From the human T2T-CHM13v2.0 reference genome, Homo sapiens: a stretch of 64,000 nucleotides of DNA. A program made the position numbers and the translations under genes. The stretch lies in assembly GCF_009914755.1 (NCBI RefSeq), contig NC_060929.1. The stretch is one strand, 5' to 3'. Positions 40,736 to 54,968 of the stretch are shown in pieces. The notes beneath the pieces were generated by a model. It did not search any database. It was given only the letters and a program-made list of their open reading frames with translations, and had not been told where the DNA came from. The first letter of the stretch is position 1. Every line of letters starts with the position of its first letter.

Positions 40736-43700
40736 GAGTGGTCCTTCTGGCTCCTGGCTGTGGCTCCAATGCCCCTGTGTTGACTGACCATCTGTGGGCT
40801 CATTAGCCACTATGTGGGAAGGTTTCCAAGGTCCCTGGACGACCAAACGTGATATGCCCAGCACTCAGAGTGTGATCAGGGGTCAGTGAGAGAGGGCTCA
40901 GCCAGACGCTGTGTCTGGGGTGAGAATGTGTCTACACACTGAGGCTGGTGTCTTTGGAAAGAGAGGGCTGGGTTGGGGGTCAGAGCAGCCCATCAGGGAG
41001 CTTGTCTGGCACTACTGGGCAGAAGTCTGTGCCCACAGAGGGACTGACGCCCTGCTATGAGAACTGACATTGGAGAGCTGCTCTGCAAGTAGGGAATCTG
41101 AGGAGGGCAAGGGAGTTGGGGGGTTCTCAAAGCTCAGGGCTTCCCATGATATCCCCCTGGGATGAAAACAAATGGGTCACACTGCAGTGATGGCCCAAGT
41201 CAGTGTGGGTTGGTTGGCACAAGACAGAGCTTCCTGGACCACTAGCTAGGCTGCGTGTCCCACAGTGGGATTCTGGGCAGGGCTGTCTGGCACTCTGGTG
41301 CCTAGCACAAGGCATGGCACACAGTAGGTGGGCTCAAGGCCATGACCTATCTCTCTAGGCCCTTCAAACCAGTGCAGTAGCATACCCTTGGTTTTCCAGA
41401 CATGAGATGCCACAAACACCCGTCCTCACCTTTCTCCCTGAGTCTTGGAGCTTGGAGAGAAGAGGCAGTCACAGGGAATTAATGGGCTTACCATAAGCAG
41501 GCTAACAAACACCCTTCCTGAAAGCAGGAGGCCATAACATTTCAGTTGTTGGAGAACTGGGTTTTAGTTCCTATTACAGGTTTCCCTTAATCTCAGGCGC
41601 TATTTCTCACACTGACTTGAACTCGATAAGACACTCATAAACCCATCAGCACCCTCTCAAACAGGATTCTGGTGCTTTGTAGTGATAGAAATTAAATTTC
41701 TCAAATTCTTGTCAAGCTGGTGTTAGTTTTCTTATGTCAGAAACACACTAATGGAACACATTCCTACTTGGATATTTGCCATTTTTCAAATGATGCCATT
41801 GGTGAAAAAAACCCTGTCAAAAGCTCAGTAACCTGCCTGCACATCAATATTTTTGACTGAGCCTCGGAGGGCAAACTCAGGCTCAGGGGCCTGCTTGGGA
41901 ATGAGGGCAATTTGGAGAGAGCACAGGCCAGGCGCTTAGACACATCTCTCTAACTGCGGCCTCTTCCCACATTATTCTCCTTCTAAATTAATGTGCTTTC
42001 CTGAAACAAACCCCTCAGGTGACCTAGGTGCCACCAAAGAAGCTGGGGCATTGGAGTGACAAAGTCTATTGATCTGGTCCCATCCCTGTGACCAGAGTCA
42101 CACTGTGAAGTTGGCGAGTAGGGGAGGAGCCAAGGGGGAGTGCGCATGCCCAGTGTCTCCTGAACAAACAGGGCAACATCTCCCGGACCTTGTGACTTTG
42201 GCTGGTGTTTACAGAGTGAAGCTGCTTTGGCGTATCCTGGTGAGCCGGGCAAGGCGGGTGGGAGGGATGGTGTGCTTTTTGTCTCCTCTGTTCCGTCTAC
42301 CAGAGATTGTCACTCTGGGATCCTTTCAAATAACTGCTGAATGTTTGTGGATGGGAGGCTGGGGACAGGATGTCTTAAAGCCTTTCATCTTGACATTCCT
42401 GTTTAGAGCACCAGGGTGCATCCAGCCTGCACAGGTGGCTCTGTATTAGCCAGACTTGCTCCAAAGCCACACAAGAGAGCACTTGCATCTGTCCCAAATC
42501 TCCTGTTTCCTTACGTGTAACCAGATTCAATCTTCCTGCCATTGTCATTCCCTCTTGCTTGCTTCATTTTGGGGATGGCAATAAAATTACTAGTTAATTA
42601 CCTGCGGGTCAGTGGGTAATTTACTTTTTCAACTGGCCTATGTTGCTTGATGTTGCTTCAACTTTTATTACAGTTTAGTTATCAAGTTCTGCTCTCTGGT
42701 GTGAACAAACACCTTTGTAAGCTGCATAAAGGCAGAGACTATATCTGTTTTATTTATGTTGTATCCCCAGCACCTAATACAATGCCTACCACGCAGAAGG
42801 GACTTAATAAGCAGTTTTAAGCAAGTGAACTATTAGGCTAGTGCTCAGTCAACAATTATTTATGGAGCTGGTACCAGGAGCCAGGATACAGTGGGAATAT
42901 ACTGGCAAGAAAAACAGGCCCAGTGCTTGCTAACCTGGAGCTCATGGCTTAGCAGAGAAGACAAGTGTTAAGTGGGGAGGGAGAGCAGAGGCCTGAACCT
43001 GTCTACAGACCCCAGGTTAAGGGCCCGTGACTCCTGTAAAGCCTGGTTGCCCTCTTTCTTGGTAGAGCCCTCCCTGTGTGCCTGGCAGACCTGTGTCCTG
43101 CTATCGAGACATCCTAGTCTGATGTAGTATCCTCCTTGTTTGCAGGAGGGGCCGGCCTGTGCAGGGGCAGGGTTACCTGGGCATCCCTCTAGGCTCTGGG
43201 GTTCCATTTAGCCTCCTCTGGCCAATACACCTTTTTAGTTTTGAGAAAACTAAACCTCAATGTGACTGCTGTGTGCAGACGAACAGGAAGTTAGAGCAGA
43301 ACTCAGTGCCCAGGGGCTGTGAGATCACCATTCTGGGTATCATGGGGTGCCACAGTGTGGCAGGCAGGAGAGGCATCCATCAGAAGGAGCAAAGGGTCCT
43401 TGCTGAGGTGGAGAGCACAGGGCCTCCTGGTCAGCAGGAGCATGGCTGTCACAGTGCTGCATACCAGCTCTTCCACCTCCGCTGGTTCCTGTGTGTGGGG
43501 TAGCCTTGGTCAGCTTGGCCACTCTATGGGTCTCTCCCACCCTACTGAGTCTACACCCAAAGATGATGGGCATACCTCTGCTCAAGATATTTGCAAAAGG
43601 AGAGTATCCTAACTGCCTATTACTTTGGTGTCTTAAGGGGGAAAAGAATGTATTACCTTATGTAATTATACAGAGCTACTCAGAATTTACAAAAATTCAT

Positions 43701-43789
43701 ACAGATCTCTAAGGTTGGATCCAGAATCTCCTGAGCAAGTCAGTGGAGAAGAGCAAACAGTTTTTACCTAACTAGCAAGAGGGGGCCAT

Positions 43790-44515
43790 GCTGTGTGTTT
43801 CCAAATGCCAGCTCATCTTCCAATTCCTGTGCACTCATTATGACTATTTCGTGGCCTCTCTTGGAGCCAGAATGGGGCCATGTCATTGGGTTTGACATGG
43901 TAGGTGATAGGAGGTGACCAAGCCTGGCCACACAACCTCTGTGTCATTGTCTTGGTTAGTTTTATGTGTTACCTTGACTGGGCCACAAGGCACCCAGATA
44001 TTTGTTCGAGCATTATCCTGGGTGTGTCTGTGAGGGTGTTTCTGGATGAGATTGACATTTGAATCAGTAGACTGAGTAGAGAAGATTGCCCTCCCCAATG
44101 AGGGCAGGCCTCATCCAATTCGTTGAAGACCTAGATAGAAAAAATGAGCCTGGGTAAGAGGGAAACCCTCCTGTCTCACTGCTGAGCTGTGACATTGGTC
44201 TTTTTCCTGCTTTCAGACTGAAACTGAAACACTGGCTTCAACAGAAGCCAATGTTTTATTGGTTCCGTAGAAGACATATACATCTTCTGTTGGTTTTATT
44301 TTTCTGGAGGATAACACAGTCATCATCCATGCTCTCCTCTCCTCGTCTTTGGAGGTCATGCATTTGATGAGAGTGAAGAACATGGTCTAGTCACTGTTTA
44401 GGGAGAGCTGCCTGACCCCATCGGACTTGATGAGGATGGGAAACCAGCCTTTACTATACTACACTACTGAGATTTTGGGATTTCTATAGCAGCTGGTGTT
44501 AATTACATAACACAC
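43790..44515 (+). mobile_element. MLT1-type MaLR LTR interrupted by MLT2
   Basis: ttggagccagaatggggccatgtcattgggtttgac before the MLT2 and actactgagattttgggatttctatagcagc...aacaca after it. Confidence 0.55.
43948..44318 (+). mobile_element. MLT2 (ERVL) solo LTR
   Basis: tgtcttggttagttttatgtgttaccttgactgggccacaagg...gtgagggtgtttctggatgagattgacatttgaatcagtagactgagt...ataacaca; 5-bp TSD GTCAT. Confidence 0.88.
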
Positions 44516-44779
44516 CCCCTCAGAAGGGAAAGAAATACCAGTTAACGTATTTCCACTGAAGAAGTCATAAGGAAATGGGAAACAGTCTTTTGACAGGCCA
44601 AGTCATCCAGGTCAGGAACCTTCTGAGAATGTTCTAACAAGAGTAGGTCCAACTTTGGCTCCAATCCCCAGAATACCTTCTGTACAGGGAGCTCACTCCT
44701 TCACTCCACATCTGTATCTGTTGCTACAGCGTCCAAACTGCTGGACTGAGGGAGCAAGGGCTGGGGGTGGGGGGTGTCT

Positions 44780-45570
44780 CAGAATAGGCTGGCAGAGAAC
44801 ATGCAAACAAATTACACAGTACAATAAGCATTACGGATAGAAAGAACAAGATGAGAGAATACCAAGAGAGTAGCAGGGGAGGGCTATTAAGGTGTGTGTG
44901 TGGGGGGTGGGTGCTGGTGTGGCGGAAAGCCTCTTTGAGTAGAGAATATTTAAGTGAAGATCTTTAAAATGAGAAGAAGCCAGCCAGGCCAAGAATGGGA
45001 GCAAGGACATTCTAGTTAGAGAAAACAGCCCATACAAAGGTCTTGAGGCAGGGTGGGGGCTTGGAGTGCTCTGGGAGCTGAAATAGACCAGTGCAGCTGA
45101 AGCACATGGCACAAGGCAAGGGCATGTGGCACAGATGCGGTCAGAGGCAGGAAATAGCTAGTTAGAGCAGGCAGAGCAAGGTAAGGACTGATGGCTGTAA
45201 TTTAAGGAGATGAAAAGTGATCAGAAGGATTTTTTTTTCTTTTTTTTTTTTTTTTTTGAGGAGGAGTCTCGCTCTGTCACCCAGGCTGGAGTGCGCGGCA
45301 CGATCTTGGCTCATGATCAGAAGGATTTTAAGTCAATCAGGGATGTGACATGATTTGCATGCTAAAGGGTCACTCCGGCTGTTGTGCAAATAACGGACTG
45401 GTGGGAGAGAGGGAAAAAATGCAGGGGGACCATTTAGGAGGCCAAGGCAGTAGTTCAGGAGAGAGACAGGTGGTGACTGTGGAGATGAAGAGGAAGGGAC
45501 AGGGCTGGGAAATAGTTTGGATGGGGTGGGGATAAAAGAGGTGTCAGGAATGACTCCCGTGTTCCTGACT
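44780..45570 (-). mobile_element. LINE-2 fragment
   Basis: Purine-rich reverse L2: ggaaagcctctttgagtagagaatatttaagtgaagatct...ggaccatttaggaggccaaggcagtagttcaggagagagacaggtggtg. Confidence 0.7.
45233..45313 (-). mobile_element. Severely 5'-truncated Alu (3' end of right arm plus poly-A)
   Basis: T-tract, then tgaggaggagtctcgctctgtcacccaggctggagtgcgcggcacgatcttggctca; TSD TGATCAGAAGGATTT on both sides. Confidence 0.92.
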
Positions 45571-47088
45571 TGATCCTCTTGCATAATACGGTGTGATTTC
45601 CTGTGGTGAAGCAGGCTGGGAGGGGAGGTCCAGGGACCCCACACAACATTGAGGTCCCATCTTTGTCTTGATGATAACCCCCTAACCCTCCCAAGGCATT
45701 TGATTTGAAATGTAATTTGGGATCACTTTCTTGGCCTCCTCCAGTGAAAGAGATTTGAAGATGATTTCTAAACTGTGGCATTCTTGTTACTAAAAACCCT
45801 CCTCCAAGGAAGCAGAATAGATGCAAGTCTTTATCATCTGGGTCCCCGTCGTCCCAAGTTTCCTGGGGTTGGACTGTGTCCGGCGGGCCGCTCGAGCAGC
45901 CGAAGGCAGACACAGAGCCTCCCCTACTGCATCCCTTCACCATTTCCACCCCACAGCACAGGCTGTGCCCTCTCCAAATGGGGGACTGTGCTTCACATGC
46001 AGGGAGGGGAGAAGCCACTGGGTCCTGAAAGAACATGAATAAATATAACTTGTTTTCTGTTTAATTATCCAGTCTCCTGAGAATGCTCTGTCATGGCTGT
46101 GTTTTGTAAACAGGCATCTGCAGACCATTTTGAACGGTTTACATCAGTGTATTTGTTTTTGATTCCAATTTCCTGAGCGTGCCACAGTGGCTGATGAACT
46201 CCTGATGAGGGGTTCCTGTGCCAGCCGTCAGCTCTGCTGCTCCCAGGGACCACAGAGCTCCTGCTGCCTTCTTTTTGTAGAGGAAACATTGCTCACAGCC
46301 TCCCGGCCCCTCTCTAAGCACGGCTCCCAGGGACCTCCGCCCTCCACCTCCTGGTCCAGGGGAAGCCATGATCAGACTCTGTTTCCCACTATGAGAGACT
46401 CCTGGTATCCTGTTTTCAGGGCTCACCTGAGAAGCTCTTACAGCTTGTTTGCTGAATATTTAGTAACATGGCAGGGAGCTCAGCTGAGCCCAATTGTTGG
46501 AAGGGCAGGGGCACTGGCCCCTGATGGCCTGATTTGGACTTTGGCAGAGGGGTTCAGGAGTGGGGTTTGGAAGAGCCTCATCCCTCTCCAACTGGTGACA
46601 CTGTGGGCATGAGCAGAAAGTGGAAACGTGGAGTAAGGAAGCCCTCTGGGGGCAGTGGTAAGAAAGGAGGCTGGAGATGTTGGGAGGAGGGCTGGCGGGG
46701 CCTGTGGTCTGGTAAGGAGTCTATGTTTGATTTTCTAAGAAGCTGTTGTAGGATTCTAGGCAGGAGACTAAAATGGTCTGATTTACACCTTTAAAGACCA
46801 TCTGTGTATTGGTTGAGATGGTCTTCAGCTGCATTAACAGAAAATCCTGACTGGAAATGGGGCTGGCTAATTCGGAAATTCTATCTCCATCACGAGAAGG
46901 CCCCACTGCATGTTTCCTGGGCAGGTTAATTCCATGGTTCCCGAATGTCACCAAAGCCTCAAGCTCTCTTTTCTGCAGTCCTCAGAACGCTGTCTTGATG
47001 CCCGTCGGGGTTACTGGGAAGCCTACAAACAGGTGGAGGCATCACACGTAGGTACATATCCGGTGGAAAGGATGTGAGTTTTAAGAAC

Positions 47089-48453
<1,365 letters not shown>

Positions 48454-48769
48454 AAACAAAGAAGCTTCTCCAAGAGGCCCCCAGCTGACTTCCCCTCAGG
48501 TTCTTTGGCCAGATCCGTGTCACATCACTCCTAAACAAATGTGGAAAAGCCACCCTGACTGGCATCAGGTGGTGTGGGGGGAGGTGGGCAAACAGGTTCT
48601 GTCAGGAAGGAGGGTGGGGCTGAGGGTGTTGGGACAACACTCTGTTGGTTTGGGTGTCGGGGGGTGGGTGATAGAGGAGGCTGCCACCCAGGCATGGCGC
48701 TCTGGACCGAGCATGGCTCTGAGAGCAGGTGCTGGGGGCAGACTGATTGGGCCACCTGCTGGAAGAGGG

Positions 48770-49700
48770 GCCAACAGGCTTGACTGGATGGGGAGATTGA
48801 GGGAAAGGGAGGAATCCAGGATGAATACTGGGGTTTTGGCCTGAAAAACTGTGTGGGTGTTGGTTCCATTTGCTGAGAGGCTGAGGGTTAGGGTAGACAT
48901 TTCAGCTGAGATGCAGAGTTCTGTCTTTAACCATGGAAGGTGGGCTGAGGGGTGGTCAGTTGGATATGGGAGTTTGGGGCTCAGGAGAGTGGCCTAGGCT
49001 AGGTGTGCAACCTTGAAATTTATTGATGCATAAGTAATACTTAGAAACACAGGATCACATGAGATCCCTGGGGAGAGAGTGTGGAGTGAGGAAAGAGATC
49101 TGAGGGTGGAGTTCTGGGACCCCCAATGTTTAAAGGCGAGAGGATGGGCAGGGGCCAGTGAGGAGGGTAGGGCTGAGGAAGAAGGGCCAAGGAGGGTGTG
49201 GCTCACTTGTGCCCAGTGTGGCCGAGAGCTCTAGGTGGATAAGGAGTGAGATTTGACTGTGGGCTTGGCAACACAGAGGTCATTTGGGACCTCTAATGTT
49301 TCGTTAGAGCACTGGGGAATGAAGCCATCTTTGGAATGGGTTGGACAGAGAACGGGAGGTGAGAAGGTGAAGAGGCATTCTTTAGAAGGGTTTTGTCATG
49401 ATAGAGAGCAGAGAAATGGGATGGTAGACAGAAGGTCAAGGATATTGGCTTGTTATGTTTTTAAGGTGTTGTGTTTGTGTGCTAATGGGAGTGATTGGAT
49501 AGAGAGGGAGAATTGTATGCTACAAGAGAGAGAAGGGAGAATTTCAGAAGAAAAGTCTCTGAGTGGGTGAGGCAGGGGCACGGAGCCTGAGTGGGGGCCC
49601 AGCCTCTGATGGGGCAGAGACCTTGTGCATTGTGACAGAAGGTGGGCAGAGCCTGGAGTATAATGGGGATGTGGGGAACTGAACCCAATGGTGGAAAGAT
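48770..49700 (-). mobile_element. LINE-2 fragment
   Basis: ggaggaatccaggatgaatactggggttttggcctga...cagttggatatgggagtttggggctcaggagag...tttgactgtgggcttggcaacacagaggtcatt. Confidence 0.75.
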
Positions 49701-49725
49701 TGGGTAAAACCCATTTGGTATACAT

Positions 49726-49943
49726 TAGTGCCTCTCAAACAAAGTGAGTTTTCTCAAGAGACATTTGGTAATGCCTGGAGGTATTTTTGGTTGTCACAAC
49801 TTGGGGAGGGGGTGGTTTCTTACTGGCATCTGGTGGACGCAGCCTGAGGATGCCATGGAACAGCTCAAAATACACAGAACAGTCTCCATGACAAAGAATT
49901 AAATGGCTCCAAATACCAATAGTGGCGCTGTTGAGAACTGTGC
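49726..49943. mobile_element. MER20 hAT DNA element
   Basis: gagacatttggtaatgcctggaggtatttttggttgtcacaacttgggg...tactggcatctggtggacgcagcctgaggatgcc...caaagaattaaatggctccaaataccaatagtggcgctgttgagaac. Confidence 0.85.
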
Positions 49944-52900
49944 TATATATTAATAACCACAATGCTAGCAATAAAAATGTGACTTGCACACCCTTAAAAT
50001 AAATACTTATTTTTCGTATGTTGGGAGTGGCTGCCCACCCACTGCCCTGCCCGAGGCAGGGGAGATCACCTGTGTGGATACATCCCTGTCCTAACTCACC
50101 CGTGTCTTGGTGGTTACACTCTGGGGAGGCCCCCTGTCATTCCTCATCCTGAGCTCGACAAGCCCAAACCTTGCCCGGGGGTGTGGCTATCACACTCTCC
50201 TGCAGACACCAGGCTTGGGGGGCTCACCTGCCGTTCCTGGTGGTGGAGGGTCTCTGTGCAGGCAGCTGACTGGGAGGGAGACTCAGAAGAGTGGGTGTCA
50301 CCACAATTTGCCTTTGCCAAAACCTTTTCTGTGTTAGGCAGACGCATGGCAGCAAAGTTTTAAAGTATTGGGATGCGAGAAATCTCTTTCCCTTATATGG
50401 GACATTTCTCTCTCTCTTCGTCTTGGGTAGGTTCTTTAAATTATCTTGCAGTGAGAACCCTATCATGTCATGTATGCTTTGTCCAAGGACAGGTCTTGGT
50501 AAGAAAAATGCCTCGTTTCCTCTCCAAAGACTCCTCTGCCATCTGTCAGTTTGGAAATCTCCACATCTTGACCCATGGCAAATTGCTTCTCAGCAGCACT
50601 GATGTGGGGCTTGCCTTAGGAGGCACAGGCAGAGGCTGCCAGCTGGCTGAGTGAATGGTCCATTTTAGGGATGAATGAACCAAAATCTCGTCCACTCTCC
50701 CCATCTTAACAATTACAGCCAGGCACCCTCCCACTCCTCTGAAGCCACACTTTTCTCTTCATCCCCTCTGTGCTGCTTCCAGTAGGGACTGCAGCATTTG
50801 GTGGCAGGAGGTGGCCTCTTCCCTGGGAATGCTGGCCATAGGGTGGGTCTGTGCAGCACCACCTCCTAGGCCCCGTCCCCCCACATCATCTCGGAGGGAG
50901 CGGGCTCCTCTGCCTGGCACTGAAGGCCTGCCAGCACCTGATTTCCAGCCTCATCTCCCACAACTCACACTGAGCTGGACACAAGCGGAACTGCCGGCCA
51001 CTCTCCAAATGTCCTGGGCCTTCCCCCGTCGCTGGCCACCAGGGAGGGCACCACCTCACAGAGGAGCTCAAAACTATGCAAATATGCCCAGATCATCTCA
51101 ACTCAAACTTGGCAGCTGAAAGTCAATGTGAAAGTTCCAGGCTTTAGTGACATCTCTGCCCTGCCCTTACCCCACCCTGCCTCTGGAGGTGACACAGGTG
51201 TGGTGACTGCCCTGCACCCAGTAAGGATGCCTGTCTGGGGCCTCTGGGGCAGGGGTGGGGCAGGACACAAACCCACAAAAATAAATTTCAATGATCACAA
51301 AGGTAGGGGTGAAACTAAACGTTTGAAAAAGTATCCTTTGACAAATTTGCCATGTGGTGGGTTGGGTTTTGGAGAATTGGCCTGTAGTCTGAACGCAGGG
51401 GAGTCACTCCCCCTCCCACTAGGGACCCACAGGCTGGCAGGAGATGCTCCACAGGCTGCCCCTCCCCCAGCACCCCTGCACGGCTGGTCATGCTGGACCT
51501 GATGCCACTGACAGGCCTGTCCCATGTGGGGATGTGAAAGCGGAGACCCAGAGAGGTACTGTGGTACTGTGGACACTAGGGTGGGGGCCCTCTCCTAGGG
51601 GCCTCATTTGCTGTGCTGAGTGTGGTTGGGACTTCACAGCCTACCACCCACACGATGGGGGATTGTCAAATGGCTCCAACCAAAAGGTACTCTCCCTAGA
51701 GGCTGGTGGCAGCCCTACAAGTCCTGGTCATGTTGTCCGCACCCAGGCCCACATAGAGTGGCTAAGCCCTCGCTAAGGGTGAGCACACCATGACTACACA
51801 GCTGGCAGCCCCGAATCCCACTGCCTGAGCCTGAGCACTCCCAGGAGGCCCTCACTGGACATCGTGAGCCCAGCCAGCGCTGGCCAGACAGTTCTGAGCA
51901 TGCAGAGCACAGAGCCCAGGCGTGGGGGCCCCTGTGGGCAAACCCAGGGTACACAGACCACAGCACGCACACCCAACATGGCTGCTGACTATTTTCAAGG
52001 TCCTGACCTTGGCAGCTTCTACAGACGGATTAGGAAGTTGTGGGCAGAACGGCTTTGTGCTGTCCTGAAACAACACTCTGGTTTAATGAGCTCCTTGTAC
52101 ACGCAGGGCAATTGTCAGTGAAATCTGCCCATTAAAATGCATGTGGTTTGGAAGGAGGCTTGGCCCTCTCCCGGCTGAGGCCGAGGCCCTGCCCGGCTCC
52201 TGCCTCTCCACCCTTCCCCAGGGCTGCCGTCCACATGGGCTCGGAAAGAAGGTGGTGAGCCAGGAATGCTGTGGAGCAAATCGCTGCATATCAGCAGAAC
52301 CTGGGCTTCAGGATGCCTCTGTCCCTCTGTGAGAAGCAGGTGAGGCAGCTGCCTAGCTCTGCAGTCTCTCACTGATTAAGGAGTGGGGGAGTCTGTGGCA
52401 GCAGATGGTAAAGGACACTGTCCACTCCTGTCCTCTGCTTGCCTGGTGTCCTGGGAGCCAGGAAAGCTGGATCAGGCCTAGGACTCCCTCTTGGTCAGCC
52501 TGCAGCAGACAAAGCAGCCTCTGCTGCCCTGCTCAGAGAGAAGCCTGGGCAGTGGAGGTCCGGAGCAGTGACCACAGCTTCCCCCTTGTGGGCTCCTCAC
52601 TCAGTGTCCTCAGCTTTGGGAGGGTCCTGACGTTTCTGGATCTCCCCCATGGGAACCAGAAAAGGATGTGCACGTCGCTGCCCCCAGTGCCTTCTAAGAG
52701 CACAAAGGTCCCCACAAGTCACACAGGTGGAGGGTCTGGCCTGCCAGTTGGGCAGGGTGGGCTCCTGTGCTGTGTCTCCACACGTGGAGTCTTCCCAATC
52801 CCATGTCTCAGGACCACTTTTCCCGGGAGGAGGAACGGTAGTAGGAAAAACTGGGTGATGATTCAACAGGTTCTGGGGATAGGGGAAGAAAAGGGAGGAG

Positions 52901-53094
52901 ATGGGGTCTGGGAGGAGGAGGTGCAGGATTCTGGTAGGGGGTGGTGAGGAGGCGGGCACAGGACAGGCCCAACACCTGCCATCTGAAAGCTGCAGACTGT
53001 GTTTGCATGGGGCTGTGAGGGCCTGTCCCTGAGCCCTGGCTTAGGAGGGCCCCAGGACCCATGAGAGGGCCTGGGGCTGGGGTTAAACAGGCAG

Positions 53095-53290
53095 GGGCAG
53101 TAATGACAACCTGTTCTTCACAAAGCACGCTCATATCCACAGCCGCATAAGCCCCACAGGGAGGCCGGGTGAGGAACATCTGCCCATCACACAGATGAAG
53201 AGGCTGAGGCTGAATGAGGTGAAGCAATTTGCCCCAGGTCTCAAGTGGATCCTCTCCCCTGATGCCCAGGCTGGTCAGAGCAAGGGAAGC
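53095..53290 (+). mobile_element. MIR SINE
   Basis: cccatcacacagatgaagaggctgaggctgaatgaggtgaagcaatttgccccaggtc. Confidence 0.65.
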
Positions 53291-54620
53291 ACCATGGCCA
53301 TAGTGCTCCTGGGGTGCCCTTGCTAAAGGGGGGACTTGGTGTTGCTCTCCTGCCAGTGGATACCTGAGTCCATCACTGAAGATGTGTTTCAGAAACTGAG
53401 ACACACCTGGGAAGGAACTGCCTGCCATGCTGTCAGTCATTAACACACAGGCAGAAGAGACTGCTAGATAGGTTCCAAGTGGGGGAGGTGTGATTTGCTT
53501 GGGGCAGAGGTCAGGGTCCAGAGAACAGGAAGAAGGTCATGAGACATAGGAGGCAAACCCTCCTGACCTCCACATTTCACTGGCTTGGCTGGGGCAAGAA
53601 GGGCTGCATTTAGAAGGCACGTGAGCTACACATTCAGGCTCAGCAGAAATGAACAGTATCATTGAGGAGCTGTGTCTGCCACTGACTCTGGAGGAATTTG
53701 CTTTCAATAGCATTAGCCATTTAACTGAAATTTTACCTTAAAAAAATGCCAAAACTAATGGGCTCAAATAAAATGTTAGCTATTATGTAGTAGTTTCTGA
53801 AAAATCCAGCTGGTCACAACTCAAGCTTTAAAGGGAGTTCACTTGGAAAATCAAGGAGCCAGAGACATCAGGTAATCAGAACAGAACTGATAAACCCACT
53901 CAACAGGCTTTAGCATGAGCACTGTCTTCACCAAGAGCGGAGGCTAGATTCCCCTTCCTGGGAGCTTCATCTATTGTCGCCCAAGCTCCCAGGTCATCAG
54001 TTTACAGCACAGAACACTTTGGGTCCGGTCAACTTTGGTCTGTGCCTTCCCACACCACATGATGGAGAATTCTATGCTGACTCCCAGGGCTCCAATTCCT
54101 CCCTGGCCTGTGTGCTGTCCCCTACTTTGAGTGAGACAAGTCACTACCCCCCTACATGGGTGTTGTTTGAAAGGCTGGGCTAATGCACATTTGAGTTCCT
54201 GGGTGACTGAGGAGTCCTGGGGAGTTCTGAGGACTTTGCAGGTCAAATGGGAGGTGGTGGAGGCCCGGCTCATTTGTCTTGGTAGCCCGGCTTCTGCAGG
54301 AGCATGGTCCAAGTGCAAACCTCACCTGCCTTCCTGCTCATCCTGAGACAGGGAGGAGGGAGTGAGCTGTTTCATTTTTTTTCCTAACTTTGGAAACCAT
54401 AAAACATGGAGACAAGAGCCAGTCACTTTTGGAAGAGTTGTCAGGAAGCCTCTAGTGAAGGTATCCGATGGTATACTTGCACAGATGTGCAAAGATATCT
54501 GTGACCAACGACGCCAATTGCAGTATTATCTAGTGAAAAACTAAGAACAACCTGAATATCCATCATCAGGGGATTGGTTATTATGTTTTGGTTTCAAATA
54601 GAATTTGAAAGAGCCAGGCA

Positions 54621-54968
<348 letters not shown>

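Noticed and set aside
43319-43612. Coding-like stretch with ORFs in several frames, considered as a processed pseudogene or a missing FSTL4 exon
   Set aside because: No frame matches FSTL4 or any protein I recognise, and there is no poly(A) tail or TSD. A BLASTX search would settle it.
52405-53446. 180-aa (plus) and 212-aa (minus) ORFs, among the longest in the track
   Set aside because: No recognisable domain. The sequence is GC-rich, the 212-aa ORF runs through a MIR and lacks an ATG at its annotated start, and both are consistent with chance ORFs.
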